58,398 bases of DNA from a virus (taxonomy: Duplodnaviria; Caudoviricetes): positions 1 through 58,398 of the IMG/VR virus record IMGVR_UViG_3300003971_000004, one strand, 5' to 3'. The notes beneath the pieces were generated by a model. It had not been told where the DNA came from. It did not search any database and worked only from the letters and a program-made list of their open reading frames with translations. Below, piece after piece: positions 28,021 through 37,039 of the stretch. A program made the position numbers and the translations under genes. Position 1 is the stretch's first letter. Every line of letters starts with the position of its first letter.

Positions 28021-28050
28021 TATATCGCTCGCAACTCGTGGCACTGTCAA
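28021..28050 (-). promoter_or_regulatory. Candidate late-operon promoter
   Basis: Minus-strand TTGACA (28050-28045) with GCGATATA 16 nt downstream, ~100 nt upstream of the first late gene. Confidence 0.55.
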
Positions 28051-28100
28051 TCGCGAAAATTGCGATGCTAAATAGTGTTAGGTAACGCCCAACATTGTTA

Positions 28101-28129
28101 TTGACTTGTGTAAGCCGCTGACTTACATT
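28101..28129 (+). promoter_or_regulatory. higBA promoter with palindromic operator
   Basis: TTGACT-N17-TACATT; TGTAAG-N7-CTTACA (28109-28127); ATG 6 nt after the -10 (leaderless). Confidence 0.7.
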
Positions 28130-28135
28130 CTCTCT

Positions 28136-28411
28136 ATGATCAAGTCGTTCCGCAGCAAAGCCCTCAAGGTCTTCTTCGAGAAGGGGGACGCCTCGAAGCT
28201 CCCGGTTCCTAACCACGACCGGGTGCGCCGCCAGCTCATCACCCTCGACGAGGCGACCACGCCTGACGCGATGAACGTCCCGGGCTGGCGGTTTCACGGG
28301 CTGCAAGGCAAGCCGAAACGCTATGCGGTCGATGCCAGCGGGAACTACCGCGTCACCTTCGCCTTCGACGGGCAAGATGCGGCGGCGGTCGATCTAGAGG
28401 ATTACCATTGA
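28136..28411 (+). CDS. higB: HigB (RelE/ParE superfamily) toxin
   Basis: MIKSFRSKAL...PGWRFHGLQG...SGNYRVTF...VDLEDYH. Confidence 0.92.
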   Translation: MIKSFRSKALKVFFEKGDASKLPVPNHDRVRRQLITLDEATTPDAMNVPGWRFHGLQGKPKRYAVDASGNYRVTFAFDGQDAAAVDLEDYH

Positions 28412-28437
28412 ACTGCGACCACGGAGGGTCAGGTGTT

Positions 28438-28740
28438 ATGACGATGATGACGGGCCTTAGGCCCATGCACCCCGGAGAGCTTTTGCGCGAGGATGTCATT
28501 CCCGCGCTGGGCGGGAAGAAGGCGGCGATCGCGCGGGCGCTCGGTGTCTCGCGGCACACGCTGTACGAGTTGCTGGCGGAGCGCCAGGACGTGACGCCCC
28601 AGATGGCGCTGCGGCTGGGCAAGCTGTGCGGCAACGGTGCCGAGATCTGGGGGCGGCTCCAGCTCAGGTACGACCTCGCGGTCCAGAGCGAAACGATGCG
28701 CGAGGAGCTGGAACGAATTCCGACGATGGAGGCCGCTTAG
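28438..28740 (+). CDS. higA: HigA antitoxin
   Basis: PMHPGELLRE, HTH, VTPQMALRL, W.RLQ..YDL. Confidence 0.92.
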   Translation: MTMMTGLRPMHPGELLREDVIPALGGKKAAIARALGVSRHTLYELLAERQDVTPQMALRLGKLCGNGAEIWGRLQLRYDLAVQSETMREELERIPTMEAA

Positions 28741-28748
28741 AAATACGA

Positions 28749-28831
28749 CCGGCCGAGGAGCGGTAACTCCCCGGCCGGAAGGTTCCCTACCAAGGAACCT
28801 GCGCCTGATGCCCGCGCGGTAAGCACCGCGC
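28749..28831 (+). ncRNA. Candidate structured RNA / leader of three hairpins, including a start-less CTACCAA-loop hairpin
   Basis: Stems at 28749-28778, 28780-28800 and 28814-28831. Confidence 0.45.
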
Positions 28832-28876
28832 AAGACTGCCCGATCACAAATTTCTTTCCCTACCAAGGAGCTATCG

Positions 28877-30418
28877 ATGAACTATGTGACCGGGGGCTTC
28901 ACGCCTCCCGACAACGATTCCACGGTTCCGCCCGATCAGGCGCTGGCAACCCTCGCCAACATCAAGGACTTCACCGACGGGCGCGACCGCGCGATCGCGA
29001 TGTGGCTCGAAGCCTATGACAGCTTCCACGCCACGACGGCGGCGGCCGGCGCGACCTGTATCGCGGGCAACCTCTCGCTCTCGATCCCCCAGGACGACCG
29101 CTACTCGGACAACTCATTCACTCGCGCGTTCCTGACCACGGGACAAGCGCAGCGCTGGGACAAGGCGCTGGGTCGTCAGGTGGCATATGTCGCTCGCGAC
29201 GACTTCGAGAAGCTGCTCACTGCGAATATCGATCGGCGGTGCTGGTCACACCTGATGGAGCATCTCGGGTTCGACACGCTGCTCGACAGCCAGGCGCGAA
29301 GCGAGTTCCACGCCAGCATCCGCGACGCGCCACCGGCCTTCACTGTTGAGAACGCGAACGCGACCTTCTCCACCGTCTGGGCAAACCGGCGGGAGATGTA
29401 CCTGCGCGGTATCGCCAACGTCTTCATGAAGATGGACCGGCGTTTCCGCTCGCACGACGCCTTCGCGATCGGGAACCGCCTGATCTTCTCCAATGCGCTG
29501 GCGGTCGAGTGGGCGGGCTGGTCGAGCTACGACCGCGGTAAGCGGGACGCGCTCGCCGACGTCGAGCGGATCTTTCGCGAGCTGGATGGGAAGGGGCCGC
29601 TGCCATACGCGCAGCAGGTCTCGGAGCGCATCGCGATCCACCCCAACCTCCGCCCGCATCGCTTCGAGGAGGACTATTTCAAGATCGACGTCTTCAAGAA
29701 CGGCAACATCCACCTCTGGTTCACGCGCAAAGACCTGCTCGCCAAGGTCAACGAGCTGCTGCTCGAATATTACCGGCCCGTCGAGGGCGACGTCGATCAG
29801 AGCGCCCCGGGTTATGACGCGGGACCGCTCTACCATGCGACGCCGGCGAAGCATTACGGCTTCTTCCCCTCCCCGGAGCCGGTGGTGGCACAGGTGATGG
29901 CGCGGGCGGAGATGTACGGCCGGGCAGACTGCGCTGGGCAAATGCGGGACGAGTGGAAGCCCAGCCGCGTCCTCGAACCAAGCGCTGGTACGGGCGCGCT
30001 CGCGGCGGCCGCACGAGCCAAGGGCCACGATGTGACCTGTGTCGAGATCCAGCCGCACCTCGCATCCCTGCTGCGGACCAGCGGCTATCGGACGCGCGAG
30101 GGCGACTTCCTCGCGATGCAGCCCAGCGACCTCGGCGAGCTGTTCGATTTCGTCATCATGAACCCGCCCTTCGATCGTGGCCGCGACTGCGACCACGTCC
30201 GCCACGCGCTCAAATTCCTCAGGCCGGGTGGCCGGCTGGTCGCTGTCATGTCCGCCAGGGCGGAACACGCGACCGATGCGCGCCACAAGGCGCTGCATGA
30301 CGAACTGGCTCGGTTGGGCCGCGGCAATGCCCGCTGGATTGACCTGCCCGAGAAGTCGTTCGCCCTCGCAGGCACGAACGTGAACACCGTGATCCTGGAC
30401 GTCAGGAACTACCGGTGA
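28877..30418 (+). CDS. DUF4942-type protein with C-terminal amino (N6A/N4C) DNA methyltransferase
   Basis: FKIDVFKNGNIHLWF; FFPSP, VLEPSAGTG (motif I), MNPPF (motif IV), F...GTNVNT. Confidence 0.85.
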   Translation: MNYVTGGFTPPDNDSTVPPDQALATLANIKDFTDGRDRAIAMWLEAYDSFHATTAAAGATCIAGNLSLSIPQDDRYSDNSFTRAFLTTGQAQRWDKALGRQVAYVARDDFEKLLTANIDRRCWSHLMEHLGFDTLLDSQARSEFHASIRDAPPAFTVENANATFSTVWANRREMYLRGIANVFMKMDRRFRSHDAFAIGNRLIFSNALAVEWAGWSSYDRGKRDALADVERIFRELDGKGPLPYAQQVSERIAIHPNLRPHRFEEDYFKIDVFKNGNIHLWFTRKDLLAKVNELLLEYYRPVEGDVDQSAPGYDAGPLYHATPAKHYGFFPSPEPVVAQVMARAEMYGRADCAGQMRDEWKPSRVLEPSAGTGALAAAARAKGHDVTCVEIQPHLASLLRTSGYRTREGDFLAMQPSDLGELFDFVIMNPPFDRGRDCDHVRHALKFLRPGGRLVAVMSARAEHATDARHKALHDELARLGRGNARWIDLPEKSFALAGTNVNTVILDVRNYR

Positions 30419-30454
30419 TGCCCGCGACCCTTCCCTACCAACGGAGCAACCCTG

Positions 30455-30640
30455 ATGTCCAAGGAACCGTCGCCCCGATCTGATTTCCCGCTTCCCGCTG
30501 ACAAGGTCGATGAGCAGATCGCCGATGTTGGGCGCATGGCCGATCGCGACTTCGAGCGGTTCGGCTGGAACGAGAAGAAGCCGTCACCACCCCCGAAAAG
30601 GAAGCGTTCGCCGCGCAAGAAAAAGGCGAATAAGCAGTAA
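30455..30640 (+). CDS. Small protein with a basic C-terminus
   Basis: GGAG RBS inside a motif copy. Confidence 0.6.
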   Translation: MSKEPSPRSDFPLPADKVDEQIADVGRMADRDFERFGWNEKKPSPPPKRKRSPRKKKANKQ

Positions 30641-30656
30641 CTTAGAGTGGCGATTG

Positions 30657-30687
30657 TGCTTTACGCCGGTCGCCGGTGTCATAGAGT
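30657..30687 (+). promoter_or_regulatory. Promoter TGCTTTAC-N17-TAGAGT (copy 2)
   Basis: Shares boxes and spacing with 25499 and 55233. Confidence 0.6.
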
Positions 30688-30716
30688 TCGGGCTCCCTAC
30701 CAAGGAGTCCGAACCC

Positions 30717-30884
30717 ATGATGATTGACCACGGCATCCACCAGTTCTTTGACCAGGTGGACGATCTCCCCAGCCAGTGCTGCGCACGCGACCGCGATGAC
30801 AGTCTGAGCGCTTGGATCGTTGAGAACTTCGGCCCCGAGATCGCTGATGCGATCGTAGAGCGCGTCGGCGCGGAGGTGCTGTGA
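30717..30884 (+). CDS. Small acidic hypothetical protein
   Basis: AAGGAG RBS; stop overlaps the ParB start. Confidence 0.6.
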   Translation: MMIDHGIHQFFDQVDDLPSQCCARDRDDSLSAWIVENFGPEIADAIVERVGAEVL

Positions 30885-31762
30885 TGCCGAAGCGCATCGC
30901 CCTCGGCCGCATCTTCGGCAACCCCGACCAGCCCCGCAAGATCTTCGATGAGGAGGAGCTGCGGCACCTCGCGGCGTCGATCCGCGAGAACGGGCTGCTC
31001 CAGCCCATCACTGTCCGGAAGGAGAAGGACGGGCGCTACATGATCGTCGCCGGCGAGCGACGGTTCCGCGCCTGCCAGCTCCTCGCCGAGCAGGGCGGGG
31101 CGACGGAGATCGCGTGCAACCTCGCGAAGGTGGACGACGCCCAGCTCGCGATCGATGCCATCATCGAGAACGATCAGCGGGTCGATGTCACGCTGATGGA
31201 GCAGGCCCGGTCCTATCAGCGGATGATCGCGGAATTCGAATACACGCCGGAGACGTTGGCGGTGAAGTTGGGCAAGCCGCTGGTGCGGATCACCGAGCGG
31301 CTCCGGTTGCTCAATCTCACCGAGGAATGCCAGCACCTGCTCGAGCGCGGCCAGCTGTATCAGACCCAGGCCTATTACCTCGCCGGGCTGTCCGAGGCGG
31401 GGCAGGGGAAGCTGTTGCGCCAGATCAATGCGGGGCGGTGCCGGACGGTGACAGCCCTGCGCGATATCGCCCAGGCGATCGCCGAGGCGGAGGCTCAGAC
31501 CTCGATGTTCGGGGACAGCGAGACACCACCGCCGCCCACGGTCGCGGAGATAAGCGCGGCGCGCGGGTTCGAGGCACGGCTCGACAACATCGCGGCTTTC
31601 CTCCGTGCCGGCATCGATGACAACGTGGTGACGGCGGTCCGGAAGGTCGATCCCGGCCGGGCCGAGACGATCGCCGAAATCCTTGCGGTGATGCAGAAGG
31701 ACCTGCATCGGATGGAGGCCGCATTCAGGGTCGCGGCGGTGCAGGCGGAGCTGGCGGCGTGA
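30884..31762 (+). CDS. ParB/RepB/Spo0J family protein
   Basis: NPDQPRKIFD, GLLQPITVR, IVAGERRFRA, IIENDQR, HTH. Confidence 0.9.
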   Translation: MPKRIALGRIFGNPDQPRKIFDEEELRHLAASIRENGLLQPITVRKEKDGRYMIVAGERRFRACQLLAEQGGATEIACNLAKVDDAQLAIDAIIENDQRVDVTLMEQARSYQRMIAEFEYTPETLAVKLGKPLVRITERLRLLNLTEECQHLLERGQLYQTQAYYLAGLSEAGQGKLLRQINAGRCRTVTALRDIAQAIAEAEAQTSMFGDSETPPPPTVAEISAARGFEARLDNIAAFLRAGIDDNVVTAVRKVDPGRAETIAEILAVMQKDLHRMEAAFRVAAVQAELAA

Positions 31763-31953
31763 GGCAACCGAAGGCATGGAAGCAGCGGCCGACCCCGCTC
31801 CCATGGACGCCGGAAGAGGACGCCAAGCTCGAAGACATGACCCGTCTGGGCGTCGTCTCCGAGGCTTGGCCCGTCCAGTTACCGAACAGACGGTTCTACG
31901 AGATTGTGGAACGGCGGCTGGAGCTAGGTCTCCGCTGTGCTCCACTTCTTTGA
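31759..31953 (+). CDS. Small Myb/SANT-like protein
   Basis: PWTPEEDAKL...LPNR...I..R..LGL; GTGA coupling. Confidence 0.55.
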   Translation: MRQPKAWKQRPTPLPWTPEEDAKLEDMTRLGVVSEAWPVQLPNRRFYEIVERRLELGLRCAPLL

Positions 31954-31954
31954 T

Positions 31955-34900
31955 CTATTTCGGAAGCTCCTTCCTGAACATGTTCAGGCGGATGTCATCA
32001 TCCCAAATACCACCCCGCTTCCAGGATGAGATGAACTTTCGATCCTGCAACCAAGAAGCGAATTCGCGGTTGACCGCGCTATCCGCAAGCCGCGGCGTTG
32101 CCCAGCCCGGTCGAATTTCCGGCATCGGATCTGGAAGCAGCGCAAGAAGCTCTCGCACCTCGGCGTCCCCCACGCGATCTTGGAGCATGTTGAAGAGCGA
32201 GATTTGCGTCTCGAGGGGGTGGGAACGCAGTATGACTGCATGCATCCCCTCCGCGTCCAGGTTATCGACGATGACGCCTGTCCGGGCGAGGATGTCGCCG
32301 ACGAGAGCTGCCCGCGAGGGGATGTCGCGCAGCACGGATAGATCCATCGAGCGGATGATGCTCAACCGGCTGTCATCCGGGACGTCGGCTTCGAGAAGCT
32401 GCGCCTTCAAATCCTCGCTCACCTCCAATTCGTCCTGGAGCCTAAAGAATTCTTCCATGTTTGCGGTCACAAAGGCAGCCGCAAGCGAGACGTCATCTTC
32501 AAGCTGCGTCAGGGCGCGAGCTGAGAAGGTTATACGATTGAACTTGACCAAAGCCTGGCGCTTTTCCTCGCTAAGGCCATCAGGGAACAACCTGAACCGA
32601 GTCGGCAGGACCTGGAGGTAGGCTTCGTAAGCCTCACCGCTAAGGGCATCGTTCTGGACGATGAACTCGCGCAAAGGGAATGCGGCTTCGCCGCCGGGAA
32701 TCCTTTGGGAACCAAGCGTAGCTACTGCATGCGGGCGGTCGAGGAAGCTCGTTAGGATGTCAGCGTCAAACGTCTCGTGTCCGATGAAGAAAAGGCAGTT
32801 ATTCCACGACGGCTCGATCTTCCCCATAGCGACAAGCTCGGCATGATAGGCCGAGGGGACCTTGTCCATTTCGGGAAGAACGGTCGTCTGACGCTCGAGG
32901 AAGCTAAGGACGAGTTCGCGATCCAAATCTGTGCGGGCTAGGATGCTCAGTAGCGCCTCGATGCCTTCGGATCGGTTATCCGGCAGCTCGAGCAGCACAC
33001 TTTCCAGATAACTGCCAAACTGGCATTCGACCTTCGACAGGAGTCGATCATCTCCTGCTTCTAGGGCAAGGGTGTAATTCTGGCCACGCGACCGACCGTC
33101 GTCTTGGATACCGAGAACGGTGCCGAACACGAACTCCAAGTTTTTGACGGATAGCGCGTAGGCCCCTCGTTCGTATAGCATTCCCACGAAGCCGGGATGG
33201 GGTTCCAGCGCGGACAGGTCGGTGACCTCAAAGTCGAGCGAGCGGAGACGCTCGGGAGGGATATCTATCCCGAGCGCGAGAATCGCGGGCAGGTCCGACG
33301 CCAGAAAGTCCGTGAGCTCGGGATTCTGTTCGGCGAGCGTCTCCAACTGCCTGACTGGCAAATGGATCAGGATTCTAGCCGCGTGCGTGTGAGCGGCTGG
33401 ACTGGCCAAGATGGCCTGCACGAAACCCGACCAAGCGGACGCCAGCCTGGTTAACAGCTTTATGACCGCTGTGCCGCTCGCGTAGTATGCTGCGAGGAAC
33501 TCCTCGCAGTCGCCGAAGTCGGATGCGATGAAGGCGATGAGGCGCGACGTCTGTCCCTCATAAGAGGATGGATCAGCGAGGAGGCAATCGACGATCTTGA
33601 CGTTGAGAGCGTAGTTTCGCCCGAAGTCCTCGTCGCGCATCGCGAGGATGACCTCTCTTGGGTTATCGATCTGGAAGTTGGGATCGGGATTGCTGAAGCC
33701 GCGTATGCGGATGAGGAATTTATTGTCGCTCGGCGAGAGCCGGCCTTTGTGAAAAAGGGAAGTGTATTGGTAGTAGGTGTCGTCGAGGTAGCCCTCAAGC
33801 ACCAGGAAGCGCGCGAGATCTGAATTATCTCGAAAAGCTCCAAACATCCCGTCGGTCAGTTCCGAGCTGTCCCTCAATATCTCGTTGAACTTCATCATCC
33901 GCACGCGCGATAGCTTTGTTCTCAGTTCTGCAATTGTCTTGGCACTGCTCTCTCTGGCAGCGGTGGACCGACCCTCGACCAGAGAAACGCGTTGCGCGAA
34001 CGTCTTCCCGCCCTTGCGGCTTTCCGCCAGGCTGGAAAACGGTACACTCTGGAGCCCTAGATATTGACCGCTGACAAAGACGTTATCCGCTGCCAGAATT
34101 GCATCTACGGCTTCGCTCTTCAGCAAATCCCTCACCGGAACTAAGCGATGCTGATTTACTCCAACGTGGGTGGCGTTTGCAGGGATGGCTTCGATTAAAG
34201 CCATCGAGTAGATCGCGCGTAGCTCGGAGATGTCCTCCGGCAGCTGTCTATCGCCGGCCTCTACGACGGCCTCAAGACGTGCGATCTCAGCGGTTAGGCT
34301 GGCTTCGCTAGTGGCGATGTATCTATCGTGGCTCTGCAGGATCTCCGCAAGGTCACCCCGTCCACGGTGCAGCTGCTCAAAGTCGTTCGGAAATACGTTT
34401 TTGTAGATCAAAACGGCCAAAAGCTTCGTCGTGTCTAGGTTGGTTTCCCCTTCCGGCTCGAGGTTGGCAGCATATATAGCGTATTCGTTAAAGATGTTTT
34501 GGATCAGTCTCAGATCATTGAGGTATCTGGACACTTCTCGCACGAACTGCTTGTCCAGACTGTCGTCGATAGAGAGGCGCTTTCCTTGCTCAAGCACTTT
34601 GTCAATCGAGTTCGAACTGTTAATAATCGGAATTACAGGAATGATAAACTCGAAGAACTTGGTCCGGTCAGTGCTGACGAAGATATCGTCTCGAATAGCA
34701 TAGAGGAATCGAACCTTCCGACCCACCCTCACGTTCTTGTTCACGAGACTGTTGATCTCGCGTAACGTCACGAAAATCTCCGGATTATTGAACCTGTCAA
34801 GATCTTCAATCACAACCAGTTCGTAGCTCGTCGACTGGAAAAAATAGATAATCTCGTCGAGGTGACGGTTGAGTATCGACTCCTCATTCACCGCTGCGGG

Positions 34901-35602
34901 TGAAATTTCGATGTCTTTAAGCGAGATGCTCTTCAATGAGATGCCGAAGCTGGCAACGTAAATCCGGTGACAGAGCAGCCAGAGGAAGCCCCCTCCCAAG
35001 GCGAAAACGAGCAAGTTGAAAAGATTCTCTAGACCGAGGGGCAGAAAGTACGTGCCCGACATGATCCCGTCGCGCTTTTGGATCAGCTGCCAGGATGCGA
35101 CGAGCCCCAGTGCAATGAAGAGAGAGACAACGGGCGTCCACCGGCCGGGCGACTGTATTCGCTTGAACCGTGAGAGCGGTAATCGGTTCGCGTCGGCACC
35201 ATACAGCATTTGCTGAAGGATGCTTCGCTCGATCTCCTGTCTGCTCACCGTCAGCGTCTGTCTCTTGGTCTCCTGGTCGCTGTTCTCGCTAGTCGAGGGG
35301 GCCGCGTCGGGCATGAACGCCGCCAAGGAGATCTCGAGGGCCTTCCTATCATACTTTTTTAAAAATGATTTGATGATGCTGCTCTTACCGGAGCCGTAGG
35401 GTCCAGTGAGCGCAATGTTCATGGCGCGTGGGTTGCTGATGGCCTTGGTCAAGGCTGCGGAGTAAACGCCGGACTTATCCGCCTGATCGGTGGGGGCGAG
35501 ATCGACTAATTTTAGTTCGGGCCTTTCCTGAGTCGCCTCCTTCTTCAACCATTTTGCGGACGAGACGAGCAACTCTGCCAGCTTGTTCCGAAGGTCAAAC
35601 AA
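31955..35602 (-). CDS. YobI-type (KAP-related) P-loop NTPase with two TM helices
   Basis: NIALTGPYGSGKSS, IERSILQQ, VVIEDLDRF, RTKFFEFIIPVIP; visibly more AT-rich than its flanks. Confidence 0.88.
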   Translation of the reverse strand: MFDLRNKLAELLVSSAKWLKKEATQERPELKLVDLAPTDQADKSGVYSAALTKAISNPRAMNIALTGPYGSGKSSIIKSFLKKYDRKALEISLAAFMPDAAPSTSENSDQETKRQTLTVSRQEIERSILQQMLYGADANRLPLSRFKRIQSPGRWTPVVSLFIALGLVASWQLIQKRDGIMSGTYFLPLGLENLFNLLVFALGGGFLWLLCHRIYVASFGISLKSISLKDIEISPAAVNEESILNRHLDEIIYFFQSTSYELVVIEDLDRFNNPEIFVTLREINSLVNKNVRVGRKVRFLYAIRDDIFVSTDRTKFFEFIIPVIPIINSSNSIDKVLEQGKRLSIDDSLDKQFVREVSRYLNDLRLIQNIFNEYAIYAANLEPEGETNLDTTKLLAVLIYKNVFPNDFEQLHRGRGDLAEILQSHDRYIATSEASLTAEIARLEAVVEAGDRQLPEDISELRAIYSMALIEAIPANATHVGVNQHRLVPVRDLLKSEAVDAILAADNVFVSGQYLGLQSVPFSSLAESRKGGKTFAQRVSLVEGRSTAARESSAKTIAELRTKLSRVRMMKFNEILRDSSELTDGMFGAFRDNSDLARFLVLEGYLDDTYYQYTSLFHKGRLSPSDNKFLIRIRGFSNPDPNFQIDNPREVILAMRDEDFGRNYALNVKIVDCLLADPSSYEGQTSRLIAFIASDFGDCEEFLAAYYASGTAVIKLLTRLASAWSGFVQAILASPAAHTHAARILIHLPVRQLETLAEQNPELTDFLASDLPAILALGIDIPPERLRSLDFEVTDLSALEPHPGFVGMLYERGAYALSVKNLEFVFGTVLGIQDDGRSRGQNYTLALEAGDDRLLSKVECQFGSYLESVLLELPDNRSEGIEALLSILARTDLDRELVLSFLERQTTVLPEMDKVPSAYHAELVAMGKIEPSWNNCLFFIGHETFDADILTSFLDRPHAVATLGSQRIPGGEAAFPLREFIVQNDALSGEAYEAYLQVLPTRFRLFPDGLSEEKRQALVKFNRITFSARALTQLEDDVSLAAAFVTANMEEFFRLQDELEVSEDLKAQLLEADVPDDSRLSIIRSMDLSVLRDIPSRAALVGDILARTGVIVDNLDAEGMHAVILRSHPLETQISLFNMLQDRVGDAEVRELLALLPDPMPEIRPGWATPRLADSAVNREFASWLQDRKFISSWKRGGIWDDDIRLNMFRKELPK

Positions 35603-35816
35603 GACTGCAAGGCTCCTTTGAATGATTTAGTAACGATCGGTTCTGATCTGACCTAGAGCGAAAATTTCTGAGTTGGCGGGTCAGGTGGCCGATCATGTTG
35701 CTCTCCTCGATTCGAACGAACAGATTAGCGAGCGACTGCCTTGACGGCGATGACTATCGCGGTGTTTGGTCATTCTTAGGAGCGCCGGTGCCCGGCCTCC
35801 AACGACGGGGTATGCG

Positions 35817-36155
35817 ATGCTTTGGGCGATAGCGCTGATCGCGACGGTGCAAGGGCCGACCTACCAAGAAGCGGGAGATATCGGCGCCGCATGGACCGAT
35901 TGTGTGAAGCGCCAGCTCGCGCGGATCGACGATGACCGCGAGACCGTAACAGTGATCGTTCAGAGCGCTTTCGAGCTCTGCAAGGAGAGGCGCGCCGCGT
36001 ACTGGTCGGTGATGCACGACCTCTACGCGCAACGCGTGAAGAAGCTTGATCCGGTCGAATGGGCGAACCGATACATGGATCGGCAGGAAGGCGAACTAGC
36101 CATTACGGCCCGTGCGGCTGTGTTGGAACAGCGCGCCTCACGTCGGGGAAAGTAG
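35817..36155 (+). CDS. Putative exported protein
   Basis: Hydrophobic leader MLWAIALIA, two Cys. Confidence 0.55.
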   Translation: MLWAIALIATVQGPTYQEAGDIGAAWTDCVKRQLARIDDDRETVTVIVQSAFELCKERRAAYWSVMHDLYAQRVKKLDPVEWANRYMDRQEGELAITARAAVLEQRASRRGK

Positions 36156-36164
36156 GGGGAGCGA

Positions 36165-36983
36165 ATGCAGATTCAGACGACCGCTGACCAGTTAATCTAC
36201 ACGACAATGCGGCTCACGGCGCTGTCTAACGGCGTACCGATCGGGACCGGGACTGGTTTCTTCTTCACTTTCAACTTTGATGGTCATCCGATGGATGTGA
36301 TCGTTACCAATAAGCACGTGGTCGAAGGCGCCGATGCGGTCCAGCTGCGGCTGCATATGCGGAATGCCGCTGGCGAGTTTCTGCCTGAGGGCCAGCTATT
36401 CACGATTAATTTCGGGTACGTGGTCGGCCACCCTGATCCCGATGTCGATCTCTGCGCCATTGGTGTTGGGGCGATGACGACGCTCAAGAAGGAAGGGCGA
36501 CAGGCGTTCGCTGTCAGTTTGGGCGCACACAACATCCCATCTGAGCAGGACTGGCAGTCCTTCGATTCGGTCGAGGGCGTTTGGATGGTCGGCTGTCCCA
36601 ATGGTCTCTACGACACGATGAACAATCTCCCGATTGTTCGTAGCGGGATCACGGCCTCCAGCCCACGACTGCTCTACCGCGGGAAGGAGGAGTTTGTTGT
36701 GGATATGGCGTGCTTCCCGGGCTCTTCCGGATCGCCAATTTTCCAAGCGCCCTCGCTAGCCAAGTTCGATCGGAAGAGCGGGAATACGCAGTTTGGGCGG
36801 GTCGAGAAAGGCTTCTTGCTCGGCATCCTGTACGCCGGACCGATGATAAAGAACTCCGGCGAGATTGTCTTGAGCACAACGCCCAGGGTCGAGGTTACCT
36901 CGATGATGCACTTGGGCTACGCGATCCGCTCTAACCGGATCCTCGACTTCAAGCCGCTGATCGAGCCGCTCATTGGGAAGTAG
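36165..36983 (+). CDS. Trypsin-like (S1) serine protease, no signal peptide
   Basis: GTGFF, VTNKHV (His), DVDLC (Asp), PGSSGSP (Ser). Confidence 0.9.
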   Translation: MQIQTTADQLIYTTMRLTALSNGVPIGTGTGFFFTFNFDGHPMDVIVTNKHVVEGADAVQLRLHMRNAAGEFLPEGQLFTINFGYVVGHPDPDVDLCAIGVGAMTTLKKEGRQAFAVSLGAHNIPSEQDWQSFDSVEGVWMVGCPNGLYDTMNNLPIVRSGITASSPRLLYRGKEEFVVDMACFPGSSGSPIFQAPSLAKFDRKSGNTQFGRVEKGFLLGILYAGPMIKNSGEIVLSTTPRVEVTSMMHLGYAIRSNRILDFKPLIEPLIGK

Positions 36984-37039
36984 GTTGCCAGCAACAAGCG
37001 CGCATCATGGTGTGCGCTAGGCCGACCGCAAACGGGGAA

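Noticed and set aside
28804-28836. CTGATG followed by a hairpin, suggesting a hammerhead ribozyme
   Set aside because: The core needs CUGANGA and GAAA; here it reads CUGAUGC and there is no GAAA
28785-30707. CCCTACCAAGGA copies as a CRISPR array
   Set aside because: Only 12 bp, irregularly spaced, separated by whole genes, and no cas genes
35747-35761. GCGATGACTATCGC as a CI operator
   Set aside because: Half-site spacing is 3 nt longer than in the OR/OL sites
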